Below are positions 50,531 to 54,546 of a stretch of 54,546 nt of DNA, in pieces. The notes beneath the pieces were generated by a model. That model saw only the letters and a list, made by a program, of their open reading frames with translations. It did not search any database and had not been told where the DNA came from. Where the stretch lies: contig NC_068982.1 of NCBI RefSeq assembly GCF_001194135.2, positions 169,245,501-169,300,046 on the forward strand, read 5' to 3'. Within the stretch, counting starts at the first letter, position 1. Each line of letters opens with the position of its first letter. Made by a program: the position numbers and the translations under genes. The DNA comes from Octopus bimaculoides. Lineage: Eukaryota.

Positions 50531-52362
50531 ACCACAGGTTTTAATTTCATAAGAAAATTAAAAATATGTTTAGTAAAAACATGGATATGACTCCATATAC
50601 ATGTAGACTTGTAACCCACACTACATGTCTGTCTATTGACCTTATACTATTGCATCAATGATTTGTATCATTCACATTTTCTATTCACATCTTTAATAAG
50701 TAGTTTTACGTAATCTTTCAGCAACTTGAAGTGGGGAGGAGATAAGCTGCTCAACAGTCCCGGATAATTGTTTTAGAAAGATGAAACTCATTCCAAGTTG
50801 CTGAAAGCCCTGAGATTTAACCAGGGAGACTTAATTTCACAGTGCAATAAAATATGTCTATTAAACATATGAATATCACACCATATGTGTATTTATTCAA
50901 ATACTACATGGTTTTTGGTCTGGCGCTCTACTTTCTGCACTTCAACACCTTCCATTACTATTTCTAGGTATATTTTGGTAAAAGGCACAAGGTCATCAAT
51001 TTTAGGAGACAGGCTTAATTAAAGAAATCAACCCCAGCACTTAATCTTTTAAATCTGATACTTACTCTACTACTCTTTTCTACTGAACCACTAAGTTATA
51101 GCGACATAAACAAACCAACGCTGGTTGTCAAATAGTGAAAGGAAAGACTTAAAACACACGCACACACACACATGCACCCCCACACACCCTCACGCTCAAT
51201 TGATACAGACCTACCCACGCAGTACTTGACTGGTATTTTATTTAGTTGATCCTCAAAGGATGAAAAGCAAAGTTGACTTCTGTGGGATTTCAACACAGAA
51301 TGTAAAGATCTAGAAGAAATACAAAGTTTAGAACTTTGTATTTCTTCTGCCAATATTACAATAATATTAAGGCGGCAAACTGGTAGACTTGTAAGCAGCT
51401 GCATTTCATCCATCTTTATGCTCTGAGTTCAAATTCCATCAGGATCAACTTTGCCTTCCATCCTTTCAGAGTCGATAAAACAAGTACCAGTTGAACCCTG
51501 GAGTCGATGTAATCAACTTACCCTCTCCTCCGAAACTTGAAACCAATATCACGATAATATTAATTAATAACTTTGGTTCTACCAATCTCACGATAATATT
51601 AACAATTTCTAATATAGACACAAGGCACGTTTTTATGAGAAAGGAAAAAGGCAGTTGATTAAAAAGACTCTAGCACTTATTTAATAGACATCCCAGAAGA
51701 GTGAAAAGGTAAGTTGACCTTTGTGAAGTTTGAACATACAATGGAGACGACTGTAGTTATATACTACATGTGTTGTACTAATTCTATGATCCACAGATCT
51801 AATAATAAGGATTTCCTGGTAAAGTATAAGATCTATGATTGAAGGAGAGGAAGCGGAGTTAAGAGCTTCAATTAGAGTTAGTTATTGATCTACATACGTA
51901 TTGCAGTGTAGTGAGTAAGAAAACAACATGATTGATTGTTGTCATAGTAGCAAATGCAATACAGTATTGTTTGACTCAGGGCTATTGAATGCATACTTAA
52001 ATCTGTATATCTATATATACATGCATGCATACACCTTAGATCTAGGACAGAGAAAAGAAATCATGAACAGTAGTTTAAGTCAGTTGTGCAGTAATTAACC
52101 TACGGTAGAAGATAAAAGAGAAAGCATCTCTGACAAATTACTGGGAAATCTGCAGACGTTACGTCCAGATCAGGCCTTGGACTAACTGTCAAAAAATACA
52201 AACATGTGCTTAGGGCACCAAGGAAAGAGAAATACAGAGTACTTTCGTTTTTTCCCCGCCTCTGTTGGATTTTCCATGGTGCACTGAATAAATGATATTT
52301 TTTTTAATGAATAAAAAAAGGGGCTAAAATATACATTCTTTTCTTGTTGCTATAGTTGTAAG

Positions 52363-52529
52363 TACTGCATTTTAACGTGTATAAGGAACCCTTTTTCGTC
52401 AAAAATTAGGTTAAAAAAATATGGGTGTTTCTTATACATGGATAGTATTATAATCCCTTACAAGACTTTTTTTTCCAAATGTTAAGCCTCCAAAATTAGA
52501 GGGTTCCTTATACACGTTAAAATACGGTA
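52363..52529. mobile_element. TA-flanked Tc1/mariner-pogo-type MITE
   Basis: 30-bp TIRs with 2 mismatches: tactgcattttaacgtgtataaggaaccct (52363-52392) / agggttccttatacacgttaaaatacggta (52500-52529). Confidence 0.85.
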
Positions 52530-53078
52530 AATGATTTGTTTATATTGCTTAATATTATTTAGTGTTAAATAAATGAAATTTAAAAACAGGTTATATCATA
52601 AAATAGCTCTAGGGTCTAGCTTGGGGAGTGGCCAGCAACAGAAAAAGAAAAAGAGAAAAAAAAGAAATGAATCGTTTTAGCCTAACCCTAACCCTAATTT
52701 AAACTAGCCATATCTAGCCAAAATATTCTACTTGTTTTATGTTCAACCTGGCTAAATGTGGGCCCTCACACCTACTCTACAATGTCATTACGAAAATAAA
52801 CGATCACATAATCAAAAACTTGAAGCTACAAGATATTTCATGTTTTATTCAAAACAATGTGAGTAAATAAGCATTACGTTTGAAAGAATAATCCGAATGC
52901 TAAAATGTTTTTCTTATTTTTTTCACATTTTTTAACATTTGTTATGTTTTAATGACTTGTCAACTTTAATACGAAATAGCTTCTAAAATACGAAATTTTG
53001 TCAAAAACGTTCAGAGTAAACACAATGTTCTACGTGAGAAATTCTACCGGTATTCGAAGTTTCAAACAGTTTAGTTTA

Positions 53079-53166
53079 AAAAATTAATTAAAAAATCTGC
53101 GATTGAGATGGAACAGATCCCCCAAAAATTAATTAAAAAACCTGTGATTGAGATGGAATAGATCCC
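53079..53166. repeat. 45-bp tandem duplication (2 copies)
   Basis: aaaaattaattaaaaaa.ctg.gattgagatggaa.agatccc starts at 53079 and 53124. Confidence 0.9.
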
Positions 53167-53872
53167 AAAAGGGCAAAAGTCAATAATATTAATGCTGTTC
53201 TCATGGAAACAAGCAATGACAGGAAGATCTGACATTGAATTGGCTAAAAGTTTAGACTTTTAAAGCGTGTAACCACCTTCTCAGGATATACATTGAGACT
53301 ACTAATTACATAACCGAGTTTTCCAATAACAACAGGTATAAATTTAAAGCCATGATGACACTTAGATAAGGGTCACCTCATCTCCTAAACACAGCAAACA
53401 ATGTTGTCCTCTCAACATTCTGTAATTCAGTGTTTCTCCAAGTGGATTCTGGAGATCCCTTGAGTTCCATGAAAATTTTCTGGAGTTATACAAGAAAATG
53501 TGTCTTTAAATAAAATTTAATAATCTATTTTAAGCATTCGCCATTTTCAAAATAGAAAGGTACCATTTTTTTTTTTTTTTTGCTTTTTTTTGTGTGTGAA
53601 AAAATTCCCTCTCTGAAAGTTCTCATTTCATTTGATGTCATATTCAAATTCTGGTGGTAGGGGTTTACTTTGAAATGTAGATATAGGCGCAGGTATGGCT
53701 GTGTCATAAGTAGCTTGCTTCCCAACCATGTTGTCTTGGGATCAGTCCCACTGTGCAGCACCTTGGACAAGTGTCTTTGGTTGTAGTCCCAGGCTGGCCA
53801 AAGCCTTGTGAGAGGATTCAGTAAGATGGAGACTGAAAAAAGCCTGTCATGTATATGTATTCATGTATGTAT

Positions 53873-54280
53873 GAGGAGCACTCGGTCAGTAACAATGATG
53901 AGGGTCCCAGCTGATACGATCAACGGAACAGCCTGCTCGTGAAATTAACGTGTTGAGTGGCTGAGCACTCCACAGACATGTGTGCCCTTAACGTAGTTCT
54001 CGGGGGATATTCAGTATGACACAGAGTGTGACAAGGCTGGCCCTTTGAAATACAGGTACTACTCATTTTTGCCAGCTGAGGGGAGTGGAGCAACGTGAAA
54101 TAAAGTGTCTTGCTCAAGGACACAATGAGTTGCTGGTAATTGAACTTACGACCATGACCACTAATCCACATGCCTTCCGTGGAGTACTCAGCCACTTGCA
54201 CGTTAATTTCAAAAGCAAGCTGTTCCATTGATCGGATCAGCTCGGACCCTTGCCGTTGTAACTGATGAAGTGCTCCTGTC
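53873..54280. mobile_element. SINE (minus) abutted by an inverted copy of its own 3' end
   Basis: About 53873-53975 and 54178-54280 are reverse complements of each other. It is the same family as 42505-42881. Confidence 0.75.
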
Positions 54281-54400
54281 TATGTATGTATGTATGCATG
54301 TATGTATGTATGTGTGTGTATGTATGTATGTATGTATGGATGGATATGTATGTACGTATGTGTGTGTGTATGTATATATGTATGTATACATTTATATGTG
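54280..54400. repeat. (TATG)n/(TG)n microsatellite (others: CA 2633-2660, CAT 8068-8094, CT 9103-9132, AT 9191-9225, GA 12996-13036, TAT 17254-17285, GT 22195-22234)
   Basis: Seen directly. Confidence 0.95.
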
Positions 54401-54546
54401 TGTACACCTTGAGCAAATGTCTTCAACTATAGCCCCAGCTGACTAATGCCTTGTGAGTGAATTTGATTGATGGAAACTGTGTGGAATTCTGTCATATATA
54501 TATATATGTGTGTCTGTGTGTGTGCATGCATGTGTGGGGGGGGGGG

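Overview
This is AT-rich, repeat-dense eukaryotic DNA with five N-gaps. From recall of the SINE/RTE families it looks like Octopus, which is an inference without a database check. The only host gene I can support is on the minus strand: the first two coding exons of a dysferlin/myoferlin-type ferlin (46978-47074 and 45558-45613). They splice to MTTLKVTVISADKLPSVETFFKLDPMCYVKFQ-GTEKKTKEIKDTETPEWNE, the start of a C2A domain. I found no convincing third exon, so 1-45557 is probably one intron of more than 45 kb, or exon 3 lies in a gap or is too diverged to see. The rest is transposon material: RTE LINE 3' ends with internal minisatellites, a CR1/Jockey-type RT fossil, Penelope-like and hAT/Buster fossils, a mariner derivative, several tRNA-derived SINE families and many MITEs. 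There is no CRISPR array, rRNA, true tRNA or prokaryotic system, and almost all ORF-track entries are repeat or N artefacts. The best leads are a 15-nt candidate microexon, a possible N-terminal extension exon, a pri-miRNA-like hairpin at 30.9 kb, an RTE with twin-priming geometry, a mariner built from two 5' ends, palindromic elements with telomere-repeat cores, a polarised 26-bp minisatellite, and a nested inverted-repeat cluster at 9-15 kb that would form dsRNA in the pre-mRNA. All of these are hypotheses from reading by eye, and none is shown to be a new biological system. Repeat boundaries are approximate unless stated as exact.
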